From Octopus vulgaris (Eukaryota), in the NCBI GenBank assembly GCA_951406725.2, contig OX597819.1, positions 34,968,001 to 35,032,000 on the forward strand: a DNA stretch of 64,000 bases, in the 5' to 3' direction. Shown here piece after piece: positions 40,437 to 53,097 of the stretch. The notes under the pieces were generated by a model, which had not been told where the DNA came from, did no database searches, and saw only the letters and a program-made list of their open reading frames with translations. Within the stretch, counting starts at the first letter, position 1. Each line of letters starts with the position of its first letter. The position numbers were made by a program, and so were the translations under genes.

Positions 40437-42529
40437 CTGCAAACCAGAGATAATTGGAAGTATAAAATAAATGTGCATATCTCAAAGGTTGTACACAACA
40501 ATATTTAAATAATAAACAAAGCACTTTTAAAAAATAAAACAAAACTTCCAAAAACTGTACAGTAGCATTTGTTTTTCCTAATCATTTATTTGATTTATGG
40601 TAACAATTTAGATTATGAATATGGAATGTCATATTCCCTTTTACAGAAATATTTTTACCTAATTATGGCACGTAAAAAGCACCATCCGATCGTGGCCGTT
40701 TGCACCCACTACACTCACAGAGTGGTTGGTGTTAAGAAAGGAATCCAGTCGTAGAAACACTGCCAGATCAGACTGGGCCTGGTGCAACCTTCTGGCTTCC
40801 CAGACCTCAGTTGAACCATCCAACCCATGCTAGCATGGAAAGCAGATGCTAAACGATGATGATGATGATTCCTCTCTTCAGTTGTCACTTTTATTTTGGG
40901 ATCAGTTTTCTAAACCTCAATTAATATTTATTCAGTTTCTTTGAAGTAAGGACAGTATTAACCAAGAGTTGTAGAACAGATATGCAAAAAACAATTCAAA
41001 TGTTGAACTATCATTTCATACAAATATTGATTTATGTTTATTCACCAATGAGCAATCAATCGTATTAAAATCACATACATACTGAGAGCCAGGTCAAAGT
41101 TCAAAAATAGTCAATATTTGAAATGACTATCATAATTTTTTATGACATAGTCACAAGAGAAAAGGGTTGCATCCATGACTCTTTTAGTGGTGAGAAAGTT
41201 AAGAACTTAATATCCTCAAATTAAGAGATGTAGTTCAAATACCTAAATAAAGTAGATCTTGCTAAAGGTACCCAAGGACTAAGTTATATTAAACTGAATG
41301 ATGGATTAAGTCTACCACCCAAAGATAGGAACAGACCTGCTACCAGGCTTCCATACAGTTTTTATCTACCAAATTTGCCTCACAGGGCTCAGGTCAACTT
41401 GAGGCTATAATTGAATATATTTACTTGCTCATGGTTTTGTGCAATGAAATTGAAAGCAAAAACAAACTTCTGAACCACGTAGATTGCTTGCAGCAATCAT
41501 TATGGTCAAATTGCTATACTTACATATAACATAGGGTCTCCTATAAACTATAATTATTTAGTTCAATATTAGATTTTTATCCCTTCAATTATAATTTTAT
41601 ATTTTACAAAGAGAAGTAGCTAAAACACAAAGTGGGTAACAAAGGTTTAATTCCAATCCAAGAATGAAAAGAAGATCCAAGTTTGTAATTGAAAGTACTA
41701 TCTTTAGTTAAACAAGAATTCATAGCTAATTTATGTAGCCAATCAGTTTAAGATAAGAGAAATATTATTGTTATCAGCAGTTAAATATAGTATCATATCA
41801 GCAATGTAATGTGTGTATTAATACTATCAGTGCAATGTTTGTCAAGTGGAACACCTAGTCACCTTCCTACACTGACAAGAAAGCCTATTAAAAGAGAAAG
41901 ACAAACAGTAGGTTATAAAACTAAAACTTCAGGGGAAGTTTTAGAGAAATGCAAAGAATTGAGAGTCGTTAAGAACATTGAATAGAATGCATCCTGGTAA
42001 ATTGCTTTGGATTTTTGTGTTCTGTATTCAAATCCTGCCGTGTTAACTTTGCCTGTCATTCTTTTTTTTTGTGGGGGGGGGTCAATAAACAGGTACAAAT
42101 CCAGAAAAGTGGATTGGTAGAACTGTTAGAGCATAAGATACATCTGACAGTATCTGTTCTAGCTCTTTGCGCTTTTGGTGGGAAGCCTATGAGAGCACTG
42201 GTTCAAAGCTGTATTGGCCCTAAGGTTATGTGTGTAAGGATGGGGGAGCTTTTGGACAATGTTGTGTGAAAAAGGGAAATTTGCATGCATGGGTAACTTC
42301 CAGTCTTCCACAAACAAACGTTGCCCAGACTTGTGCATGCAAATGCAGATACAATGCCAACATTGACTAAAAGAAGCCTTATAACAAGAGAAAGTTTTAA
42401 TTTAGAATCTTAACTATTTGTATGTGCGATTGTAGGTGTTTTTTTATATATATCTAAGGGAAAAAAATTACTGTTCATCTGAACATTTCATAATAAATGA
42501 TGCATACTTCATGTTACCATCAGGTAATA

Positions 42530-42746
42530 TGAAGGGGTGTTGGAAAGTTTTTGGCTTAGGGTAAAAGAAAATGCAAAAGGATCCATTAATTATGATTTTA
42601 TCCAACATATTCCCCTCTCAGATTCACATACTTATTGCAGCAGTCCTTCAGTTTTTCTAAGCCCTGCAAAAGAACCAGGAAGGTTGGGACTCCAACCAAA
42701 CTTGTTGTGCTACTTTTAAAGCCAAGAACTTTTCAGTACCCCCTCA
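42530..42746. mobile_element. Tc1/mariner-type MITE (opposite orientation to 26837)
   Basis: TA flanks, same TIR and internal sequence. Confidence 0.72.
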
Positions 42747-42868
42747 TAAGTTAGGGTAGGATGAGCAGAAATAAATCAATTCTTAAGATCTATCATACAG
42801 ATTTATCAATATAAAAAAAAAAAAAAGACTCGTAAAATAAACAGCAATACAAAGCCAAAATAACTTAC

Positions 42869-42999
42869 CAGTTTTATATCAGTAATAAACTTCTTTTTAT
42901 CACCTGTAAACTTTGATGCTTTAGGACCACTTAACAACTTGCTAGCTTCCACTCTCTCAGATTGCAATGCAGAAAGACACCGAGCAAAAACAGCCTCTC
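42869..42999 (-). CDS. PGD: PGD exon 10
   Basis: EAVFARCLSALQSERVEASKLLSGP...; 131 nt. Confidence 0.96.
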
Positions 43000-43054
43000 C
43001 TGTAAAATGTTTTTTTGAAACATTCAAAATTTCAACCTCAAATAATAAATAATA

Positions 43055-43720
43055 ATAATTGCGAATTTTGGCACAAAGCCAGCAAGTTTGGTGAAGACAG
43101 TAAGTTGATTACATCAACCCCAGTATTCAACTGGTACTCATTTTATCGACTCCGAAAGAACGAAAAACAAATTTGACTTCAGCGGAATTTGAACTCAGAA
43201 GGTAAAGATGGATGAAATGCCGCTAAGCATTTCACCAGGCATGCTAACAATTCTGGCAGCTTGCTACCTTAATAGTAATAATAATAATGGTTTCAAATTT
43301 TGGCACCCGGCCAGCAAGTTCAAGGGGATGGAGTAAGCTAATAACACTGACCCCCAGTGCTCAACTGCTACTTATTTTATCAACCCCAAAAGGGACAAAA
43401 GGCAAAGTTAACCTTAGTGGAATTTGAACTCAGAACATAAAGACAGACGAAATGCCACTAAGCATTTTGTCTGGAGTAAAGATTCTGTTCACCACAATAA
43501 TATTAATAATAATCCTTTCTACTAAAAGCACAAGGCCTGGAATTTTGTGGGAGGGGACTAGACAATTACATCAACCTCAGTGTTTCACTGGTATTTAATT
43601 TATCAACCCTGAAAGGATGAAAGTTAAAGTTAACCTCAGTGGAATTTGAACTCAGAACAAAATGCTTCTAAGCATTTTGTCCAGCATGCTAACGATTCTG
43701 CCAACTCACCACCTTAATAA
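43055..43720 (-). mobile_element. Cluster of about 3 head-to-tail MetaSINE-like copies
   Basis: Repeated caactggtacttattttatcgaccccgaaagg...gaatttgaactcagaa blocks separated by (AAT)n; family also at 7690, 36050 and 58640. Confidence 0.7.
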
Positions 43721-45327
43721 TAACAGAATTATATGCTCCTTAGTAGCAAAAAATTGTGCTATTACCTCCACCTTAGCAAAGGTGGAGTCATTGTTTTCAG
43801 TTGCGTTTGTTTGTCCACTGACAAGATATCTCAAGAACCTCTGGATGGATTCAGATGAAACTTTCAGGGATGTTTGGCCTCGTGACTGGCACGAACTGAT
43901 TAGATTTGGGGATCAATCCGGTACTGGACAAGGATTCTGGATTATTTTTTGTTACATCAGCAGTGGTGCCCCAGCATGGCCGCGGCCCTCGGGCTAAAAC
44001 ATTTTTAAGGATTTTTAAGGATTTACTTTACATGATTACGATCGTATATTAACTTTGAAGTCTTTCTCAATTATCCCCTTTTAGGCTGTAACTATTTTGA
44101 ATGGTGAATTTGTTAACTTTGGCTTGTATTAAATAAGGATAAACTATTTATTACTGTTACTAAATATTCCACAGCCTCCTTCAGATTCCATGACCACCAT
44201 TGGGATCGATCGGGTACTGGACAAGGATTCTGGAGTATTTTTCCAGTTTTTTTTTACTTAATCTTTGAGAGCAGTTAGATTCATTTTTAATATTCTCATT
44301 TGTGAAAGCAGTAGAGTTTATTTCAGATATTCTCATTTTAAAACTCATCTCTGGTTAATTGTTGAGAGGATATTGGTGTTGGCTTGACAGAGGTTTGTAC
44401 TCTCTGAATGCTCTTGTTATTATTATTTTTGTTAAGACAGCAAACAGGCAGAATGGTTAGCATGTAAACAAATAAATAAATAAAAAACGTTTAGTGGCAT
44501 TTCTTCTTACTATTCTTGGTCTGAGTTCAGATCCTGATATGGTTAACTTCGCCTTTCATCCTTTTGGGTTTGATAAAATAGGTATCAGCTGAATACTAGA
44601 TGTGGGTGGGGAAGTCAATGAGCGCTGTAATTGATTATCTCCCTTCCCTAAAAAAATCATTATGATCTTCCTCCCCACTCTCTCACCATTTTGTAATGTA
44701 TGCGTATTCAAGCAGACAGAAGATGGTGATGCATGTTTGAACATATAGTTTGTATTCCTCTCTTCCATTCCCACTACTTATTCTGTCAATATTAGTTCAG
44801 CAACCATTAGGCTCCATAACGATTACCTCTTTAATACTGCAGCTCCTACCTACTGCTATGAAGATAGCCTTAGACTACCACAAGAAAAAAATCCTCCTTT
44901 CCATAAGGGAGCTTTGTCAGACAAGGTGGAGTGCAGCCAGATCATGCAGTGACATGGTTGGTGACAGGAAAGGCATTCTTCATATCAAATTGTAGTAGCC
45001 ACATTGAAGAGAAGAGGTATGAACACCATAAGCCTCAGCACAGACAACTTGTCTGAGAGGACAGTCACTCTGAATAAAAATACTAATACAGAGTAGAGAG
45101 GATTCTTTAATCACACTGCAGATATTCTCTCTAGAGCAGTGGCATGAAAATATACATACAGGCACAAGCATGCTGTGTAATAAGAAGTTTACTTCCTAGC
45201 CACACAGTCCCAATTTCAGTCCCCCAGTGTGGCACGTTGGATGAGAGTCTTCTACGATAGCTTCAGGCTGGGCAAAGTTTTGTGAATGGATTTGGTAGAC
45301 AGGAATTGAAAGAAGCCCATCACACAT

Positions 45328-45393
<66 letters not shown>

Positions 45394-45469
45394 TCAAAAT
45401 GTGGCCGCGTGTGTACTGTTGGCGATTTTTCCCCTCTGTCTTCCCTTCTTTGGGTCTTTCCTTTTCCTA

Positions 45470-45506
45470 TGTTTCTGGCAAAGAGCTCCGCTCGAAACGT
45501 TACACC
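45470..45506 (+). ncRNA. Decayed hammerhead motif in a short repeat flanked by (TA)n
   Basis: CTGGCAA (for CTGACGA)-a-gagc tcc gctc-GAAA-c-GTT. Confidence 0.45.
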
Positions 45507-45583
45507 CTCCTTCTTTCTTTAGCGTCCAATAATATTATACTTGTTCCACATCCTCGCGTTGTTGTGTTTTCATGTTTGGATTA

Positions 45584-45631
<48 letters not shown>

Positions 45632-45987
45632 CTAGCACTATGACCCAGAAACGCTGGGTCATAGTGCTAGTGCATGCATATACAGTTGCGTGCGCACATA
45701 CACGTGAGTAGTCCAAATCTCAGACCAATCACATACAGCTAGCTGGCATTCAATTGGCGTATCAAGTTTCAGGCATTTTGATTGGGTTTTGGATAGAAAA
45801 TTCACAAAAAAGTCACTTCTATTGATTTTTTAATGGCTTTGCAGGGTGACTGGGGAAATGTAAAGATGTGCACGACCACCCTTGGACGGTTTTGAATGAC
45901 CATAGAAAGTGCAAGCCCTCTAACTGAAAAATTGTGGATTTGTATAAAGGACACACACAGACATTTTGCCGTTTATATATATAGAGA
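45632..45987 (-). mobile_element. Non-autonomous Helitron, copy B (PGD intron)
   Basis: Same sequence and termini as 21670-22028. Confidence 0.85.
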
Positions 45988-46631
45988 TATGACCCGACTT
46001 TTCATCCAATGTCACTTTGTCCTCGTCTTTTTGTCCGGTGATCTTCTGGCCAATTTTAAATAAACTCTTTAGAAAACAAGGTGAACATCAAAATCAAATA
46101 ATCAATGAGAATTTTATTGACAAGATTTTTCATTGTACCAAAAAATTCATCAGACAAAAGGCATTTGACAAAGTGACGTCGGGCAAAAAGACATAGCACC
46201 ATATATATATATATATTTATTTATTGTGAATATCTTTGCAGCTGTGTTTGACTCCCAGCACCGCTTGACAACTGGCATTGATTTGTTTACTTCCTCATAA
46301 CCTAGCGATTTGGCAAAAGGGATTAATAGAATAAGTACCAGGTTTAAAAAAATGTATGGAAGCTGATTTTTTCAGCTAAAACTTCAAGGCAGTGCCCCAG
46401 CATGGCCTTGGTCCAATGATTGAAACAAGTAAAAGATAAAAGACAGCCCATGCTATAATGTAGTTGATGACAGGAAGAGTATCCTGTCATATATAGTGCA
46501 AGAAGAACATACGACAGATGCAGCAAAGTTGGCTGGTTTTCTATGTTGCAGTTTATGTTACGTTTGTTTTTGGTTGGCGCTCATGATTAGAAATCAGATT
46601 TACAATACAATTGTCTATGTATTATGCTTAC

Positions 46632-46695
46632 CAATCAAAGAAACTGGAGTTCCATATTGCAGAGCAGATATTGCAGTCCATTTTCCTGTTCCTTT
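46632..46695 (-). CDS. PGD: PGD exon 9
   Basis: KGTGKWTAISALQYGTPVSLI(G), 6PGD signature; 64 nt. Confidence 0.96.
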
Positions 46696-46830
46696 CTACA
46701 AAATAATGAAAAAAAAAAACCTGACGTACATGACAGAAATAGATACAAATTTATAAATTTATGTGATACATAGAACAATAACAGAAGTAATGACAGAATT
46801 GATAATTGTGGATGGTAATTATATAGAGTA

Positions 46831-47329
46831 CCTTAAATCCTCGAGTATAATCCGCATTTTTCCCCCAAAATCCCTAGTGCGTACTATATACAAGGTTAAA
46901 AATGAAAAATATTTTCTAAGCAATGTCGGAGTCTCTATTTGCTGTCCAGCAATGTTTATTCAGATGCATTTTGTAATGTCAGGCGTAAAAATACCTTAGG
47001 CTAAGCCTGAAAGCAATGAAGTCATAAAATAATCATCCATAACTTGCAGTAAGCAAAATTTATTAAAATAAAAGCATTCAGTACACAGAATAACATGTAA
47101 CAAAAACAATTTAAAAAACATATTTACATTCCCATATAACATCACCATTATTGTATTACACATACGCAGAAGTGTTTGTTTGACTAGGTGCTGTTGGCTT
47201 AATTACGCACGACTCAAATTAGAGAAGGAGTGTGTATTATACACAAGGTTTAAATTTTTCAGAGGTACAACCCTCTAAAAATCCCCTGCGTATTATACTC
47301 AAGGGCGGACTATACTCGAGGATTTACTG
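46831..47329. mobile_element. pogo/Tigger-like MITE
   Basis: TA-flanked TIRs ccttaaatcctcgagtataatccgc / gcggactatactcgaggatttactg. Confidence 0.75.
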
Positions 47330-47546
47330 TAGATATTTGGAGTATGGTGATATTAAATAGATATTTAATGTACAATGATATCAAGCAGATATTTAATGCA
47401 ATGATATTAAATAAGTATTTCAAGCACATTAGTATTGAGTAGATGATCAAGTTACTGTGCTTTACTGCAATATTAAATAAATCAACTCAACCACAGCCAT
47501 GTAAATCATCAATAAAAAAAAAAAAAATTAAATGGAAATCTTTTAC

Positions 47547-47669
47547 CTGACCAGCAGCATCACTGATGTTTCCAAGTAAAAATTCACCATTTTCCTTGTA
47601 CTTTAAAATGTCTCGAGTGATCTCAATCAAATAGGAATTCAGTTCTTCTTTATTCCAGTCATCAAAAAC
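47547..47669 (-). CDS. PGD: PGD exon 8
   Basis: VFDDWNKEELNSYLIEITRDILKYKENGEFLLGNISDAAGQ; 123 nt. Confidence 0.96.
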
Positions 47670-48603
47670 CTTTAATGACAATTTGTATTTGTTTTAATAA
47701 AATTCCACAAATTATAAATTTCACAAAAAATAAAGAAATCAAAAAAATTTTAGCATTCTAAACTTACTGTCTGACCTTATATTTTAGTCAGGAAAGGTAA
47801 CTCCTACGATACTTTACAGGGCTCCAAGATGAATAAAAGAGAGGAAGATATTCTCAAACCAGAAATCTGATCCAAAATGTTTGCAACAGAGCAAACTCTA
47901 TTAAAGTGCTTCATAGTTGTGTAAAACTGAGTGACAGATTAAATGACAGGATTTGAACACAGAATACAAAGAGCTGGAGCAAGTACTGCAAGGAATCAGA
48001 TCTGATGTTCTAACAGATCTATGAATCCACTATTTTGGGGTCTTTTTTTATTATAAACCTCTGAAAGGATTATAGACCAAGTTGACTTCAGCGGAATTTG
48101 AGCTTGGAGCACAGAGAACTGCACCAAATGTTGCAAGACATTCTATCTGATGCTCTAACTGCCGCTAAATTATAGTTATGTGTTTGTATTAATACATTTT
48201 ACTTTCAACGGCTTGGATCAACTAACTACACAGCACCATAAAGAATAACTATTATCAGCAAAAGAGGGGAAACCTTGTATGATATAGAAATGTTTTGTGA
48301 GCAATGCTAATTCATATCTTGGTACAAACGAAGAAAAACCCACGGGGAAACAGTTTTAGTGTATTTTCTCTTGAATTATTGATATAGAGACAAAATATTT
48401 AGTGATGCCTGAATAAGAAAAAATAAACGAGCAATAGCTTCATTAAATTAAAGGAAAATAAGCATGAAATTTTGTAAATATGTAACACAGACGAAATTTC
48501 TTTATATATATATATATAGATCAACTTTTAGTGCTCAGTCAGCCCAGCATGGGGGTGAAGAGCAGCAAATGGTAATGATGATACAGCAGAAAGAGGCAGG
48601 ATT

Positions 48604-48635
<32 letters not shown>

Positions 48636-49762
48636 AGTAAATGACTGCATAAATGATTCTTCTTGTAATCTTATAACCAAGATAGAGGCTGGCCAGAACA
48701 GGCAATATAAGTCCAACAGAAAATGACATACACAAAGATATATGCTGTAATTTTATTTGATTATCATCAAATTAAGTCAACAATTGCATTTGGGCTTAAA
48801 GACAGATCTAATTATTTAGCTTACTTCATTTATGCTATTAAAGTTCTTTAGAAAATCATGATTTTGACATCTTTCCATCTCACTGTCTAATGTTTCAGAT
48901 TTTCTCCCAATATATGAGTGAATTTGGTAGATGGAAACTGGAAGAAGCTCACTGTACATGCATGTATGTGTTTGTGTATACCTTTGTCTTGACATCATGA
49001 GATATTTGTAAAGAAGCATCACTGTCAAGCAAATGATGCTGTTTATTTCTAGTCTCCCATGGTAAATATGCCTGGTCATGGAGAACTATTACCTTGCTTG
49101 GGAAACAGGTGAGGGTTAGCAACCGGAAGGGAATCTCACCATAGAAAATTTGCCTCAGTAAATTCCATTGGACTCATGCAAGCATGGACAAGTGGATGTT
49201 AAATGATGATAATGGTGCTATTAAAAACTACGGTCTACGTCATTACAGTATGGGATACTGAGTGACCACTACAAAAAGATGAAAGGCAATCGTTAGGAAA
49301 TGGCTTGTAGCAGCCGTTCAAATAATGTATTAAGGAGGAAGATACAGTCAGGAATTCAATTTTCAGTGGGAATCCACAAAACTTCTCTCCCAGTCAACTA
49401 TTAGCCATTTTAGCCACACAGAGCATGTGACTTCAGTAAACTGATGGCCCCTCATTGCAAAATCTGTCAGAATTCAGAAGGGTGGATCTTGAATTAAAAG
49501 GTACGCAGCTGAACTTTGCAACACCTTACTAAATCAAATATGTTGGATGTACCAAAAGAAACGATAAAAAATATATACAGTAAGTACATCGTTATGAACA
49601 GGATCCCACATTAAAAAAAGTTAATATCAACTGTGTTCCTTATTCTAACAATGATCGAAGAAACTATAACAAAACAATAAGATTTTTCTTGTCATCTAGA
49701 TATCATACGGAATTAAGAATGGATAATTACTGTTTTCATTAAATAAAGAAATTCAAACAAAC

Positions 49763-49897
49763 CTGTGCCATTTCTGCTGGAGACAATTCTAGTACATCCT
49801 TCAGCAAATGGTATGCTTCACAAATTAGTTGCATATCTCCATATTCTATACCATTATGTACCATCTTTACAAAATGGCCTGCACCCTCTTCTCCAAC
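49763..49897 (-). CDS. PGD: PGD exon 7
   Basis: [34 protein letters not shown]... with catalytic Lys/Glu; 135 nt. Confidence 0.97.
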
Positions 49898-50604
49898 CTT
49901 TAAATAAAAAAATTGATTTATCTAAAAACAAACATAAGAATTATACAGTCACATTTCTTTTTAAAGACTAGCATACCATATTTTAATGTTAGTTTTATGA
50001 CCCTCATGATTCTTTTAGAATTCAAACAACAAATAGCAAATCAGATATCAAATGAATAGATTAGTGATTTAGGAGTAAAAAGCCATGTTAAATCAGAGTA
50101 CCTGGTTCAAGCCTTGTACTACTCACATCAGTTTAACAAGCATTTTTCTGTAGTGACACAAACTGACTGAATTTGCACATTTTTATATGGGACGAAGTAG
50201 TGAGAAAGGATATTCAGATGTTGGGCCTCACAATGGGGATGACATGTCAAGCTAAGCAAAATTGTGGTTGCCCTTACACACAGGTATGTCCCTTGCGTAC
50301 CTCTTCAGCTGAGAAAATCTAATCTTGCAGGCTCATGAGTGCTGGTGCCACGTAAAAAGCACTCATACTGGTGCTGTGTAAAAGCACCCACTACACTCTG
50401 TAAAGTGATTGATGTTAGGAAGGGCACCCAGCAGTAGAAAACATGCCAAAAGACATGGAGCCTAGACAGCTCTTCGGTTGGCCAACTTAAGCCAAACAGT
50501 CCAACTCATACCAGCGTGGAAAACAGACGTTAAATGATGATGATTTTTACCTATCCTCAGTTCATTTATAAATCCCTCTTGCAAACAATGATGGATGCTT
50601 TTAA

Positions 50605-50824
50605 CCCTTTCGTTACCAACCTGGCTGAAACCAGCTCTGGCTCTGAGTACAAATGTCTTGTTTTCAAAAGTTCTGAATTAAAATCTTCCACCAAACCTTA
50701 ATCACAATTTATGTTCCTAACACTAGCTGAATGATAACTAAGTTATTTTACTAAATCCTTTGTTATATTTAGAGTAACTGAAAGAAACTCAGAGCATCAC
50801 AAAATAAATACAGTAACAAAAGGG
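50605..50824. mobile_element. piggyBac-type MITE
   Basis: TTAA|CCCTTTCGTTAC ... GTAACAAAAGGG|TTAA. Confidence 0.8.
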
Positions 50825-51546
50825 TTAAACATACAACCATTTCCTTAGTTTGGCTGAACTTGTCTCTCATATTCACATTGCTTATCTTATGGAATTCAGC
50901 ATCCAAACATTTTCATATTCATTAGATATTTTTCTAAACTCATATCAAGGACTTTCACTGACTCTGCATTTGGCTTTATGATAGCTAAACACCAGAACTT
51001 ATATAATCACAGGATGTATAAGGTTCACTTTCCATGCTGGTATGGGTTGGATAGTTCACCATGTTCCAAGTCTAATTTTATTGAGATACTTTTTCCAACA
51101 TGAGTTGGAAGATATATCACACTTGTATATTTCACTTATGGTTTTGTTTTTATGGATGGAGGCCCTTACATCAAGACTTTATAGTGTGTACTAGCCACAT
51201 TTTATCATGGTATCATCATCATCACCATCATTTAGTATTTGCTTTCCATGCTGACATGGGCTAGATGATACAATTCTATATTTAAGAGATGAGGAATTAT
51301 GTACATTGTTTACATTCAATGGATATTTGTCTTCATCTTGTTTGTTGTTAACACAACGTTCCGGCTGATAGACCCTCCAGCCTTCTTCAGGTGTCATGGG
51401 AAAATTTCGAACCTGGGTTCTCATTCCTAACATTTTTTGTTATTATTATTATTATTATTATTATCATTATTATTGTTCGCATTCAGGTCACTGCTTGGAA
51501 TCGAACTCAGAATCTTAGGGTTGGTAGCCCGCTCTCTTAACCCACA

Positions 51547-51618
51547 GGCATATGGCGTAGTGGTTAAGAGAGTGGGCTACTAACCCCAAGATTCCGAGTT
51601 TGATTCCAAGCAGTGACC
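51547..51618 (+). promoter_or_regulatory. tRNA-like cassette (Pol III A/B boxes) in the Penelope terminal repeat
   Basis: A box TGGCGTAGTGG, anticodon-like arm gggCTACTAAccc, B box GAGTT(C/T)GATTCC; imperfect acceptor stem, so not a functional tRNA. Confidence 0.8.
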
Positions 51619-51682
51619 TGAACAATAACAATAACATCGAAAAATACCTTAGGAATGAGAACCCAGGTTTGAAATTTTTCAA

Positions 51683-51728
51683 GACACCTGATGAAGGCTG
51701 GAAGGTATATCAGCCGAAACGTTGTGTT
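51683..51728 (+). ncRNA. Minimal type I hammerhead ribozyme motif
   Basis: gacac-CTGATGA-a-ggctg...cagcc-GAAA-c-GTT-gtgtt; stems I and II pair; stem III is only the palindrome AACGTT. Confidence 0.82.
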
Positions 51729-51926
51729 AACAACAAACAAGATGAGGACAAATATCCGTCGAATGTAAATAATGGGCTAGATGGTTTGACAGAAGCCAGC
51801 AAGTTACAAGACTATGTCAAGCTCTAATGTCTGTTTTGGCATGGTTTCTAGAACTGGAAACTCGTTTATAACACCAGTTTGAATTAATTAAATCAATTAA
51901 AATAATGAAAATGAATAAAAGCTTAC

Positions 51927-51993
51927 CCAGTTACAGCAAGGTTCATTGTTAGCTTTGGCAGATATAGATTGAAAAATATCCTTCACATGTGGC
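51927..51993 (-). CDS. PGD: PGD exon 6
   Basis: PHVKDIFQSISAKANNEPCCNW; 67 nt. Confidence 0.95.
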
Positions 51994-52093
51994 CTATAAA
52001 GAACACAAGACAAATCATAGAAAGTCAATATATTTTGAAAATTACACAATAGATTTAAAGAAAAACATTTTATACACAATATTTAAGGAAGTT

Positions 52094-52891
52094 CATTATT
52101 TACATTTGACGGATATTTATCCTCATCTTGTTTGTTGTTAACACAACATTTCGGCTGATATACCCTTCAGCCTTCATCAGGTGTCTTGGGGAAATTTCGA
52201 ACCTGGGTTCTCATTCCTAAGGTATTTTTTCGATGTTATTATTATTATTGTTCAGGTCTCTGCTTGGAATCAAACTTGGAATCTTGGGGTTAGTAGCCCG
52301 CACTCTTAACCACTATGCCATATGCCCATGAGCAATTATGGAGTGAATTTTAGGGCTTATAAATCTAATATTTTTCTATCCTTCCTTAATACCTGTTCCC
52401 ATATGCTGCTCATATCTGTACTCGGTCTGTTTAAGAGGCTGTTGTATCCTAGCATATGTGCTGCTTCTTTGAGTTTTCATATTTTCCAGTGGTGTTCTCT
52501 GTCTATTACTTTAACTTCATCCCACAGGGGGAGGTGGCCTCCATTTTTCCATTCATGACCAGCTATACTCGATTTATCAATATCTCCTCGTGTCACAGCT
52601 TTGTGATATTCTTCTACACTTATTTTGAGGGGGCGGCAAGTTTTGCCTTTGTATAACCGACCACAGCTGCATTATAATAATAATAATAATAATAATAACA
52701 TCGTAAAAATACCTTAGGAATGAGAACCCAGGTTCGAAATTTCCCCAAGACACCTAATGAAGTCTGGAGGGTATACCAGCCAAAACGTTGTGTTAACAAC
52801 AAACAAGATGAGGACAAATATCTGTCAAATGTAAATAATGTAAATTACATACATAATGTACATAATTCTTCATCTCTTAAATATAGAACTG
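52094..52891 (-). mobile_element. Penelope-like element copy 2: 5'-truncated 3' end plus inverted repeat
   Basis: TSD tatttaag(g/a)aagtt at 52080-52093 and 52892-52905; contains a GIY-YIG fragment, the tRNA-like cassette and hammerhead motifs in both arms. Confidence 0.9.
52357..52671 (-). pseudogene. Penelope/Poseidon-type GIY-YIG endonuclease C-terminal fragment
   Basis: Manual translation: CSCGRLYKGKTCRPLKISVEEYHKAVTRGDIDKSSIAGHEWKNGGHLPLWDEVKVIDREHHWKI*KLKEAAHMLGYNSLLNRPSTDMSSIWEQVLRKDRKILDL*; one internal stop; not in the ORF track. Confidence 0.88.
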
Positions 52892-52978
52892 TATTTAAGA
52901 AAGTTATTATATATGTAAAGCGATTGTTTTGAAATGATACTGAAACAAGGCTACAAGAAAACTGGATAATAAACTCAC

Positions 52979-53097
52979 CAAGCTGCAGGAGATCCTCCAG
53001 GCATTATAGAGGGACCATGACGTGCTCCTTCTTCACCACCACTAACACCAGTTCCTATGTACAAGAGACCTTGAGCTTCCAAACTTTTGCAACGACG
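52979..53097 (-). CDS. PGD: PGD exon 5
   Basis: [40 protein letters not shown]; 119 nt. Confidence 0.97.

Larger units (their letters stand above)
51268..51771. mobile_element. Fold-back Penelope-like element (tRNA-like + hammerhead repeat), copy 1
   Basis: Two inverted arms; TSD atgggctagatg at 51256-51267 and 51772-51783; interrupts an older SINE. Confidence 0.88.
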
